Shown here: positions 39,780 through 56,396 of the stretch, one piece after another
Layout of the letters: every line of letters begins with the position of its first letter
Position numbering within the stretch: position 1 is the first letter of the stretch
From: Phaeosaccion multiseriatum
Taxonomy: Eukaryota; Protista; Ochrophyta, other classes
Direction of reading: 5' to 3'
Length of the DNA: 64,000 nucleotides
Assembly (NCBI GenBank): GCA_965112735.1
Contig: OZ218960.1
Coordinates: 930,001-994,000 of the forward strand
The notes under the pieces: model-generated
Seen by the model: the letters and a program-made list of their open reading frames with translations, nothing else
The model's database searches: none
Told to the model about the DNA's origin: nothing
Translations under genes and position numbers: made by a program

Positions 39780-40716
39780 AGAGAGAGAGAAGGCAGGGAT
39801 AGTCTGGACTGATTTGGGGCGTGGGGGGGGGCTTGCGAATGCCTTTTTCTTTCCCTTCACCTCCCCCTCTCCCTCTCCCTCTCCCGTTGTAGACTAGTAA
39901 GATCGATTTTTTATCTTTTCGTAGCTAGCGTAGTGTAGTTGTGTGGCACACCTTGGGCGGAGAAAGAGCCTCATCAGCAAAAGCTTGCTTCCACTTTGCC
40001 AAGCTGACTTTCTCCCTCTTCGACAGGTCGACAATTGCCCACCTTTTTTTTTCAATCAATGAATTTCGATTTCATTTCTCAACTCTCCTTGTCTCTGGTT
40101 GGTGTCATCATGTCATGCCTCGAATGCCTTCCTCTCTCCTTGCTGTCTCCTTCGGCGCAATCCACCACAAGCAAATGTCGTCCTTGTGGGGGAGAAAGAT
40201 TAGTGCCACACACAAAAACACACACCAGTCGCCACCAGCCACCACCACCACCAACACACATCAAGGCAAGTGTCAGCGGCGCTTCATAATCACAAGAGAG
40301 AGAGAGAAAACTTTTGAGCTCGGGCGTGGAGCAGGGACCAAAAGTGGAGATGGGGGGTGGCTGGGTGGCTGGTCCTTGATTTCGTCAGCCTGGCGTATGC
40401 ATACCCTTGATCCTTGACTTCGTAAGCGTGGGCGTAGCTAAGCAGAGCGATTTTATAGTTCATTCATTAAATGGGCAATTGCTGAGGATTTCGCCTTGCT
40501 TTGCTCTTGTGGCTGGGGCGCCCCACCCCCCCCATTGCCGCCTTGACTTGCGGTCAGCCAGCAGCTAAGTAGGCTAGAAGCACCGCGGAGCTGCTGGCTG
40601 GGTGGCCTTGCTTCTCAACGTGGATGGCAGTAGACGGCCTTGAGCTCTTGTGGATGACCGTGGATGGATGGATGAAGTCATATCAATGTAGCTATGGATG
40701 AGCTCCTCCTCCCTGC

Positions 40717-40957
<241 letters not shown>

Positions 40958-41071
40958 CTAGGGGGAGGGAGGGAGAGAACGACAAGAGAAAGGGCAAGAA
41001 AGAGAACAAAAGTATGAGGAGAGATGAGAGAGGGAGATAAGAGAGAGAGAGATCGGCCCTGGACAAGGTTA

Positions 41072-42440
41072 CAGTATGCGCCGACCATAATCAGTGATCA
41101 GCCCGGCTAGCGCCGGCCGTAGCTAATCGTCAGTGATAAGCCCGGCTAGCGCCGGCCGTAATCAGTAATCAGGCCGGCTGACTGATCGGCTGGTGGCGCA
41201 CGAGCGAGGCGTACTCTAGCTACGGCCGCTCGACTACTCATCGATGTGCTTCGCCAGCAGTCCCTTTTGTACCCTTGAACCCTTTGCGCATAGCCATGTC
41301 GCCCATCGGCCAGTACTGGACAGCCTCACGAAGCAACAAGCAACATGATGCCGAATACGATTTTACATTTGCTTTAGTAGTACTCCTGGCTACTAGCTAA
41401 TGGATGTCTCGATTCGATGCGTGGCTCTTAGCTAGGGTTAGGGTTAGATGCAAACTATGTGACCACGTGACGTGGGCAATTTGCTGCCCTCACATGGCTG
41501 GCGCTCTGACCCGACCCGATGCAGCCTGCCTGGGCAGCCATAACCAATCTCCCTGTGGCACCTCCGTAAGAGGGGGCTTGAGGACCCGAGGTGGTACTCT
41601 GCAGTACAGCCTTCGCCATCACAGAGTATCGTTGTTTGTCCTGCCAGCCACCTGGTCGATATGGCAGACGGTGCACGCTGTGCCAACCCTTCGCTTCTTG
41701 CCCTTCTTGTGCAGCCATGTCTGCGTAGCTCCCAGGACCCCCTCTCGCTCGCACACGGGATGATGTCGTGGTCACCATGGCTCCCACCCTCTGTTGGTGT
41801 AGCGTGGTTCCTTCTTCGTCATCGCTTTCTGAGGACGGCGCTTCTTCTTCTTCGTCTTCCTCTTCTTCCGCGTCGTCGACTGAGCGTAGGCCTCTACTCT
41901 CCCTGTCGATCCTCTCCCTGCTTGCTGAGCGAATTCACGGCATCGCCCATGGCTACATGCTCCTCGTCAGTAACGGTAAAGCCCATCAAGCGCCTGGTCA
42001 GAAGCGACTGGCTGCTGCTCACATTGCTGGTGCTGTCTTTCTTGCTGCTGCCTGCTGCCTGCGCCGCCCTCTTTTTTTTTTTTTTTGTCTGTTGAAAGTC
42101 AGTATTATGTCAATGGCCCAGGCCCACGCAAAAATTCCCGTTTCACGATTGCTATTACCTTGTCCATGCGTCTCAGGCTGGCTTACATTTTCCTTGTCCA
42201 TGCGTGTAGCTACTCCTGTCCTATATGTGGAGAGCAACGTGACTCTTTACATCTCTCCCTTTCTTCACCTCCAACTGTTTCGCCCAGCCATCATGTGGCC
42301 TTGTTCGAACGTCGCAAAAACTTCGTCCCAGCCCCCCCCGGGCCAAGCAAGGGCACGCAAGGGGGCGAGAAACTGAGACTGGCCGGCTGTGCGACCGTGC
42401 CGAGCGACCATAATCAGGAAACAGGCTGGCTCAGCAATCA
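41072..42440 (-). mobile_element. Decayed insertion (probable transposon remnant) with terminal ~32-bp tandem repeats and a PHD-finger relic
   Basis: Not present at the equivalent junction between paralogs 1 and 2. Repeats TAATCAGTGATCAGCCCGGCTAGCGCCGGCCG lie at 41088-41180, and CGACCATAATCAG recurs at ~42405. The minus strand carries broken coding sequence. Confidence 0.55.
41521..41676 (-). pseudogene. Frameshifted PHD finger (C4HC3) coding relic
   Basis: Pieces CTVC, [15 protein letters not shown] and [13 protein letters not shown] occur in different frames. They can be reconstructed to [48 protein letters not shown]. Confidence 0.8.
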
Positions 42441-42903
42441 GGCCGTCGGCCCCATGCACGCCTAGCGGCCTAGGCCTATTTGGGAAAATGTCCCGGCCTA
42501 GCGAGGGCCGTAGTCTAGGTCCTCGGCCTATTTATATGCCGCCGCCTACTAGGCGGCCTAAGGCAGCCAGACGCCAGCCAACTAGGCGGACACGGTGGGA
42601 GTGCCCAGAGTGCAAAGAGTAGTCAGTTTCATTGCATGGGATTGGAAGGGAGCAGTAGACTTGGTTCGTGTTGTCTCTTCCGCCTCGCTGGCCCTACGAG
42701 GAGTGCAGACCTACAGGTGTGCTGCTACCCAGCCACTGGCTGGGCGGCACCACGCACGCGCCCACGGTCACTGGTGGGAGGCTGCCTAGAGGCGGGCTAT
42801 ATAGGCCGCCTAGGATTGAAAAGTGAGCGGCCTAGAGCGGCCGAAGGCCGAGCGGCCTAGCGGCCTAGAGCAAAACCGCTAGGCGTGCACGGGGCCGAAG
42901 GCC
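42441..42903. mobile_element. Non-autonomous TIR DNA transposon (MITE)
   Basis: 28-bp terminal inverted repeats: GGCCGTCGGCCCCATGCACGCCTAGCGG (42441-42468) and CCGCTAGGCGTGCACGGGGCCGAAGGCC (42876-42903), matching at 26/28. Many subterminal GGCCTAG motifs; no credible coding sequence. Confidence 0.8.
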
Positions 42904-43164
42904 GTCTCCTGGGAAAAGAGGGCTTGCTGAGAGAGACACATTCTTCATTCTTCGTTCTAAATCATATTTCGGGCCTCTCTAATTCGATTCATCTTCGCGC
43001 CATTTCCCCCTTTTTTTCAGCTGCTTTTTTTGAGAGTGAATGTGAAAGCAAACCTCGAAGATGGAAAAGTGACCTTTGCTTTTCCAGCACCCCTTCTAAG
43101 ATGAGGATGTCTGGGAGTGTGGTCACAACACACTTTAGCGTCTTGACAGCAGCCTATTGCTGTC

Positions 43165-46100
43165 ATGAAATCGTATTCGAGCTTGCTCGCAGCCTCTGTG
43201 CTGGGGGCACTGCCGGCAACCCTCGCCTCCAAGCAGCCCACTTGCGACCCCAACAAGGACCCAGAGAGGACCTTCAACCCTGTCCCAGGCTGCCCCGACG
43301 TCGTGCCTGATGGCGCCTTCGTGCCAACCGGGTGAGTGAGAGTGAGGGAGGGGGGCGAGGGCGCGCAAGAAGGAGAGGGCGAGGGGGTTGTTGCGTTGGG
43401 CGAGAGTGGGCTTGTACATTCAAGGGTGCTGGGAAACGCCCGTGTCAGGCCTGGCGTATCTTTGCCAGCTCCCCCCGCCTCCAATGATGTGTTGGTGCCT
43501 GCCACCTTCATCCTTGTCCTGTTGCTTATCACATCCTTCTCCCCCCACCCACCCACCACCACCTTCGCTCGGGCAGGTCCTACTGGTACCCCCTTGGAGG
43601 CGGCGACTCCAGTTCCTCCGATTCCGGCAAGGGCAAGGGCAAGAAGGGAGACAAGGGCAAGGGCAAGAAGGGAGACAAGGGCAAGGGCAAGGGCAAGAAG
43701 GGAGACAAGGGCAAGGGCAAGAAAGGAGACAAGGGCAAGGGCAAGAAGGGAGACAAGGGCAAGGGCAAGAAGGGAGACAAGGGCAAGAAGGGAGACAAGG
43801 GCAAGAAGGGAGACAAGGGCAAGAAGGGAGACAAGGGCAAGGGCAAGAAGGGAGACAAGGGTACGTGCGAGGAGTAGGAGCATGCCTCCTTCCTTTTTTT
43901 CATTTCATCCAACTGGCTCTCACACCCGTCCCCTCCTGAGCCCCGCACGCACCCACCCACTCCCCCACTCTCATATTCCCTCCCTCCCACACTCCCTACA
44001 GGCGGAAAGGAGACTGACCCCGACCCCGAGCCCGAGAACTGCGACCAGCTGGCAGGCTTCGACTACGACATCAGCGGCTTCAACGGCGACCTCGGCAGCT
44101 GCTGCCCCATCAACAACCTGCCTCCCTGCGACTGCGTGCCCGACGGCGATTGCTTCCCCGACTTCGACATCTGTGAGGAGGCTGGCGCCATCGACAGCCT
44201 CGACTTTGAGATCAGGTGTGTGTGGGTGTGGGTGAATTGGGTGTGTACGCATGCCATGTGTTTGTGTCTAAGTGTGGCCCGAGCGAAGTGGAGTTGGATG
44301 TTTGTGGGGAGCGGGTGAGTGGAGCGAGCTCACCACCCCGCGCTGTGTGGTCACGCCCTGCCTTTTACTTGCCCCGGCCGACCCCATACACTAACTGAAC
44401 CCTCCGTTCACACTGCGCCTCCTTGCCTCCTCCTCCGTCTTTATCAGGTGCGACAACACTGGCCTGATGCGCTTCAGCGGCGCCGGAGGATTCTTGAGCG
44501 GTGCCGACTACTCCTTCAGCGGCAACGAGTGCGACAACGCCGACCTCTCCATCTTCGACGAAGGCAACCAAGTGAACGTTCAAGTCAGCGTCGAGGGCGC
44601 CGTGGTGCAGGAGGTTGGTATTGTAATTGACTGCACCGCCCCCGTCGTCATCGGAGAGCAGGTCGGATTCGTGTACATCAGCGGTGGAGACGGCTTCTCA
44701 TGCCCTGAGCCCCCTGTAGGCTTCCCGTGCCCTCCCCCGGCCCCTACACCCGCGGTGAGTTGGACAATAAGAACAGAGGGAGGAAACACAAGGCGAATAT
44801 CACCAGACGGAGGAGAATGCAGCAAACAATAGCGAAAATCATCAAAACACATGGGGAAGAGGAAGAAAAGTGGGAAATTTCAATCCAAGTGGGGGAGGCG
44901 GAAGCAATACTGCGTGGGACCCTTCTTTGCTGTTGTGGGTTTGCGCACGGTGAAAAGAAATACTGGGTCTTGCTGCCTTTATCCTCATGCTTCGCGCGCT
45001 CCATCACTCACTTTCCTTCTTCTCCTCCTCCTCCCCCTCCTTCCTCTCGTGTGACCTCCTCAGCCCCAGCCTGCCCCCACCATGGCCACCACCCCCGCCC
45101 CCGTCTCCGACTGCGACACTTGCTGCAAGGACGACGTGGAGCTGGACGCCGACGACGCGAGTTTCTGCCGCTTCGCGCCCGACACCACCGGCGTGTGCGA
45201 CTCTGACTCTGGTGATGACGTGTCCGATGGCTGCGACGGCGCCCCTGCAGGCTGCCGTGAGCGCGGAACCTACGGTGATGTTGAGCTCGAGGACTGCCCC
45301 GCCCCCCCAACTCCCGCGGTGAGTGAAACACAAATGAAATCAAGTCGCTGTAGCATCTCTGTTGTGAGCTTGGTTGGGGCGTCGTGGGGGCCCCTTAAGA
45401 CGCGCAGCTGCTCTAGCGCTCATCCTCCTCTCCTCCCTCTAACTCTAACCCCGTCCCCCTCTCCTCCTGCCTTGTCATTTCCTCAGCCCGTTGCGGAGCC
45501 CACCCCCGCCCCCGTCTCCGACTGCGACACTTGCTGCAAGGACGACGTGGAGCTGGACGCCGACGACGCGAGTTTCTGCCGCTTCGCGCCCGACACTACC
45601 GGCGTGTGCGACTCTGACTCTGGTGATGACGTGTCCGATGGCTGCGACGGCGCCCCTGCAGGCTGCCGTGAGCGCGGAACGTACGGTGATGTTGAGCTCG
45701 AGGACTGCCCCGCCCCCCCAACTCCCGCGGTGAGTGAAACACAAATGAAATCAAGTCGCTGTAGCATCTCTGTTGTGAGCTTGGTTGGGGCGTCGTGGGG
45801 GCTCCTTAAGACGCGCAGCTGCTCTAGCGCTCATCCTCCTCTCCTCCCTCTAACCCTAACCCCGTCCCCCTCTCCTCCTGCCTTGTCATTTCCTCAGCCC
45901 GTTGCGGAGCCCACCCCCGCCCCCGGCTCCGACTGCGACACTTGCTGCAAGGACGACGTAGAGCTGGACGCCGACGACGCGAGTTTCTGCCGCTTCGCGC
46001 CCGACACCACCGGCGTGTGCGACTCTGACTCTGGTGATGACGCCGATGGCTGCGACGGCGCCCCTGCAGGCTGCCGTGAGCGCGGAACCTACGGTGATGT

Positions 46101-49100
46101 TGAGCTCGAGGACTGCCCCGCCCCCCCAACTCCCGCGGTGAGTGAAACACAAATGGAAATCTGTAGTATCTCTGTTGTGAGCTTGGTTGGGGTGTCGTGG
46201 GGGCTCTTAAGACGCGTAACTGTTCCAGCACTCATCCTCCTCTCCTCCCTCTAACCCTAACCCCGTCCCCCTCTCCTCCTGCCTTGTCATTTCCTCAGCC
46301 CGTTGCGGAGCCCACCCCCGCCCCCGTCTCCGACTGCGACACTTGCTGCAAGGACGACGTGGAGCTTGACGAGAACGACGCGAGTTTCTGCCGCTTCGCG
46401 CCCGACACCACCGGCGTGTGCGACTCTGACTCTGGTGATGACGTGTCCGATGGCTGCGACGGCGCCCCTGCAGGCTGCCGTGAGCGCGGAACCTACGGTG
46501 ATGTTGAGCTCGAGGACTGCCCCGCTCCCCCAACTCCCGCGGTGAGTGAAACACAAATGAAATCAAGTCGCTGTAGTATCTCTGTTGTGAGCTTGGTTGG
46601 GGCGTCGTGGGGGCTGTTAAGACGCGCAGCTGTTCCAGCGCTCATCCTCCTCTCCTCCCTCTAACCCTAACCCCGTCCCCCTCTCCTCCTGCCTTGTCAT
46701 TTCCTCAGCCCGTTGCGGAGCCCACCCCCGCCCCCGTCTCCGACTGCGACACTTGCTGCAAGGACGAGGTGGAGCTTGACGAGAACGACGCGAGTTTCTG
46801 CCGCTTCGCGCCCGACACCACCGGCGTGTGCGACTCTGACTCTGGTGATGACGTGTCCGATGGCTGCGACGGCGCCCCTGCAGGCTGCCGTGAGCGCGGA
46901 ACCTACGGTGATGTTGAGCTCGAGGACTGCCCCGCTCCCCCAACTCCCGCGGTGAGTGAAACACAAATGAAATCAAGTCGCTGTAGTATCTCTGTTGTGA
47001 GCTTGGTTGGGGCGTCGTGGGGGCTGTTAAGACGCGCAGCTGTTCCAGCGCTCATCCTCCTCTCCTCCCTCTAACCCTAACCCCGTCCCCCTCTCCTCCT
47101 GCCTTGTCATTTCCTCAGCCCGTTGCGGAGCCCACCCCCGCCCCCGTCTCCGACTGCGACACTTGCTGCAAGGACGAGGTGGAGCTTGACGAGAACGACG
47201 CGAGTTTCTGCCGCTTCGCGCCCGACACCACCGGCGTGTGCGACTCTGACTCTGGTGATGACGTGTCCGATGGCTGCGACGGCGCCCCTGCAGGCTGCCG
47301 TGAGCGCGGAACCTACGGTGATGTTGAGCTCGAGGACTGCCCCGCTCCCCCAACTCCCGCGGTGAGTGAAACACAAATGAAATCAAGTCGCTGTAGCATC
47401 TCTCTTGTGAGCTTGGTTGGGGCGTCGTGGGGGCTGTTAAGACGCGCAGCTGCTCTAGCGCTCATCCTCCTCTCCTCCCTCTAACTCTAACCCCGTCCCC
47501 CTCTCCTCCTGCCTTGTCATTTCCTCAGCCCGTTGCGGAGCCCACCCCCGCCCCCGTCTCCGACTGCGACACTTGCTGCAAGGACGACGTAGAGCTGGAC
47601 GCCAACGACGCGAGTTTCTGCCGCTTCGCGCCCGACACCACCGGCGTGTGCGACTCTGACTCTGGTGATGACGTGTCCGATGGCTGCGACGGCGCCCCTG
47701 CAGGCTGCCGTGAGCGCGGAACCTACGGTGATGTTGAGCTCGAGGACTGCCCCGCTCCCCCAACTCCCGCGGTGAGTGAAACACAAATGAAATCAAGTCG
47801 CTGTAGCATCTCTCTTGTGAGCTTGGTTGGGGCGTCGTGGGGGCTGTTAAGACGCGCAGCTGCTCTAGCGCTCATCCTCCTCTCCTCCCTCTAACTCTAA
47901 CCCCGTCCCCCTCTCCTCCTGCCTTGTCATTTCCTCAGCCCGTTGCGGAGCCCACCCCCGCCCCCGTCTCCGACTGCGACACTTGCTGCAAGGACGACGT
48001 GGAGCTGGACGAGAACGACGCGAGTTTCTGCCGCTTCGCGCCCGACACCACCGGTGTGTGCGACTCTGACTCTGGTGATGACGTGTCCGATGGCTGCGAC
48101 GGCGCCCCTGCAGGCTGCCGTGAGCGCGGAACCTACGGTGATGTTGAGCTCGAGGACTGCCCCGCTCCCCCAACTCCCGCGGTGAGTGAAACACGAATGA
48201 AATCAAGTCGCTGTGGTATCTCTGATGTGAGCTTGGTTAGGGCGTCGTGGGGGCTGTTAAGACGCGCAACGGTTCCAGCGCTCATCCTCCTCTCGTCCCT
48301 CTAACCCTCTCTTCGTCCCCCTCTCCTCCTGCCTTGTCAAATGCTCAGCCCACCATGCCCGCCACCCCCGCCCCCACCTCCGACTGCGAGGATTGCTGCT
48401 CGAAGGGCGGGGTGGACGATGGTGAGGAATTCTGCCGCTTCGGGTCCGACACCACCGGCGTGTGCGACTCTGACTCTAGCGCCGAGGGCTGCGCGGACGC
48501 CCCTGATGGCTGCCGTGTGCCCGGAACTTACGAAGACCCTATGACTGGACAGGATGTTGAGGTCAAGAACTGCCCGGCCCCTGTCCCCCCTCCTCCCACG
48601 GTGAGTGATGAGTGAAGAAAACAAGAGAGAGGGGGGTGGGGTGGTGGCAAAGACGGAGTTGGGGGTTTGGTGACGAGAGGTGTGTCGCACTATGATTTAG
48701 TAGCGCTGCACATGAGGAGCGATCAGTGAAGAAAACAAGAGGGAGTTGGGGGGTGGTGAGCGAAGTGGATTTGTAGTACACCGGCGCATGTGTGTGTGTA
48801 TGATTTAGTAAGCGCGTCTGCGTTTGCTGAACTGTGACTTGCGCTCTTGCTTTTGACTGTCTTGTTTACCCTTGCGCTCACCCCCTCCCCCCTATTCTCT
48901 GCACACCCTCTTCGCCGACCCGCCTCCTTCTCCTCCTCCTCGCGTCTTCAGCCCGCGCCGCCTACCCCTGCACCGCCTACGCCCGCGCCGCCAACCCCTG
49001 CGCCGCCTACCCCTGCGCCGCCAACCCCTGCACCGCCTACGCCCGCGCCGCCAACCCCTGGACCGCCTACGCCTGCACCGCCTACGCCTGCACCGCCTAC

Positions 49101-50346
49101 GCCCGCGCCGCCAACCCCTGGACCGCCTACGCCTGCACCGCCTACGCCTGCACCGCCTACGCCCGCGCCGCCAACCCCTGCGCCGCCTACGCCTGCGCCG
49201 CCAACCCCTGCACCGCCTACGCCCGCGCCGCCAACCCCTGGACCGCCTACGCCTGCACCTCCTACGCCTGCACCGCCTACGCCCGCGCCGCCAACCCCTG
49301 GACCGCCTACGCCTGCACCGCCTACGCCTGCACCGCCTACGCCCGCGCCGCCTACGCCTGCGCCGCCAACCCCTACGCCGCCAACCCCTGCACCGCCTAC
49401 GCCTACGCCGCCTACCCCCACGCCGCCATCCACTTGCTCGGAGTGCTGCGCCCAAGGAGGAATCACCGACGAGACCCCCGGAACGTGCAAGTACGCCCCC
49501 GACCTCAGCGGCACGTGCGGCAGGGACCCTTCGGCCGTGGGCTGCGACGGTGCTCCCACAGGCTGCCGCCTGGCCGGTGCCCCGATCGACGACAACAACT
49601 CTGTCATGGCCTGCGCCGCCGACTGCGACACTTGCGCAGCGACTTGCGCTGCGAGCGACATTGTCTGCGACTTGAACGACGTCTGCGACGGAGTGTTCGA
49701 GGACGACAGATGCGGCGCCGGCGGCCTTGTCAACTGCAAGATCTGCGACCCTCTCAAGGGTGAATGCGACTGCACGATTAGGGAACCCAACACTTGCGAG
49801 ACCGATCTGGATTGCGTTGTGGACTTCGAAAATACGTTTTTAGAGAAGGAAGGAAAGACGGCATTAGCAGTACTCGAGAGCTTCGGCAAGTCGCCCAAGT
49901 GCTTCCCGAACTGTCCCTTCGGCCGCGACCCCAACTACAAGGGCCTGTTCTGCAACTCGTACAACGTCAACTTCAAGTGCGGCCACTGCTGGAATGAGGT
50001 TGACAAGGCCACAAATTTCCTCAACTCTGACTACGCTGAGGGTCTTGGCCTGGACTGCAGCATGATCCTGCTCTGCGACGAGAGCAAGCGTGAGAAATTC
50101 TGCGATGAGGATGGCCCCGACCCCAACGGCGTCTTTGAGGTGGCAACCATGTCTGCTGGTGCCGATGATGCCGAGCGCTCTTCCACTGCTTCCTCCGCGA
50201 GCGGTGTGTCCATGGCTGCTGTGGGTGGCCTCGTGGCTGGTGTTGTGGGCGTCGCCGGTGTGGGTGCTGCCGTGGCCTGGAGGAAGACCACCAACAGGGA
50301 GAAGCTCGGTGGAAGGGAGACCCCCGCCAGCGAGTGGGCCTTTTAA
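43165..50346 (+). CDS. Secreted type-I membrane Cys-rich/Pro-Thr-rich modular surface protein, paralog 3
   Basis: ATG at 43165. Eight module exons (starts 45064, 45487, 45898, 46299, 46709, 47119, 47529, 47939), a variant module 48349-48600, and a final exon 48952-50346 with the TM helix. Confidence 0.85.
45064..48181 (+). repeat. Tandem exon+intron module array (8 exons) in paralog 3
   Basis: ~401-411 bp near-identical units. Confidence 0.95.
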
Positions 50347-51277
50347 AGAGAGAGAGAGAAGGCAGGAATAGTCTGGACTGATTTGGGGCGTGGGGGGGGC
50401 TTGCGAATGCCGTTCTCTTTCCCTTCACCTCCCCCTCTCCCTCTTCTGTTTAGACTAGACTAGTAAGATCGATTTTTTATCTTTTCGTAGCGTAGTGTAG
50501 TTGTGTGGCACACCTTGGGCGGAGAAAGAGCCTCATCAGCAAAAGCTTGCTTCCACTTTGCCAAGCTGACTTTCTCCCTCTTCGACAGGTCGACAATTGC
50601 CCACCTTTTTTTTTCAATCAATGAATTTCGATTTCATTTCTCAACTCTCCTTGTCTCTGGTTGGTGTCAACATGTCATGCCTCGAAGCCCTTCCTCTCTC
50701 CTTGCTGTCTCCTTCGGCGCAATCCACCACAAGAGTCGTCCTTGTGGGGGAGAAAGATTAGTGCCACACACAAAAACACCCACCAGTCGCCACCACCACC
50801 ACCACCAACACACATCAAGGCAAGTGTCATCGGCGCTTCATAGCCAATCAAGAGAGAGAGAGAAAACTTTTGAGCTCGGGCGTGGCTGGAGCAGGGACCA
50901 AAAGTGGAGATGGGGGTGGGTGGTCCTTGACTTCGTCAGCCTGGCGTATGCATACCCTTGATCCTTGACTTCGTAAGCATGGGCGTAAGCAGAGCAAAGT
51001 CGCAACCCACCTGCGCCTCAATTGTCAAATTTTGTACTTTTAAGTACTTGATTTTAGTTCATTCATTTAAATGGGCAATTGCTGAGGATTTCATCGGCTT
51101 GCTTTGCTCTTGTGGGGCGCCCCACCCCCCCCATTGCCGCCCTGCGGTCAGCCAGCAGCCAAGTAGGCTAGAAGCGCCGCGGAGCTGCTGGCTGGGTGAC
51201 CTTGCTTCTCAACGTGGATGGCAGTAGACGGCCTTGAGCTCTCGTGGATGACCGTGGTTTTAGCTCCTCCTCCCTGC

Positions 51278-56186
<4,909 letters not shown>

Positions 56187-56396
56187 TGTCGTACCTATCC
56201 TGCTCTCTTGTATACAAGGGTTGCTTACGAATGAACTTCCCCTTCTCTCCCGACGCCCGACGAGAGAATGAGAGCTGAAACTCGCATTCACATTTTGGGT
56301 GCTCGATTTTTTTTGTGGCCGGCCGCAACTTTCACATCCTCCTCGCCTCTCTCTTTCCCTCCTCCTGCGTCTTTTCTTTCATCCGACGTCTCAACC
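56187..56396. promoter_or_regulatory. Probable bidirectional promoter between DLD (-) and TCTP (+)
   Basis: 210 bp between divergent ATGs, with a pyrimidine-rich tract ahead of TCTP. Confidence 0.55.

Noticed and set aside
42180-42330. Possible BED-finger/hAT transposase remnant on the minus strand
   Set aside because: Only a vague resemblance, with stop codons and missing Cys/His ligands; not supportable without a profile search.
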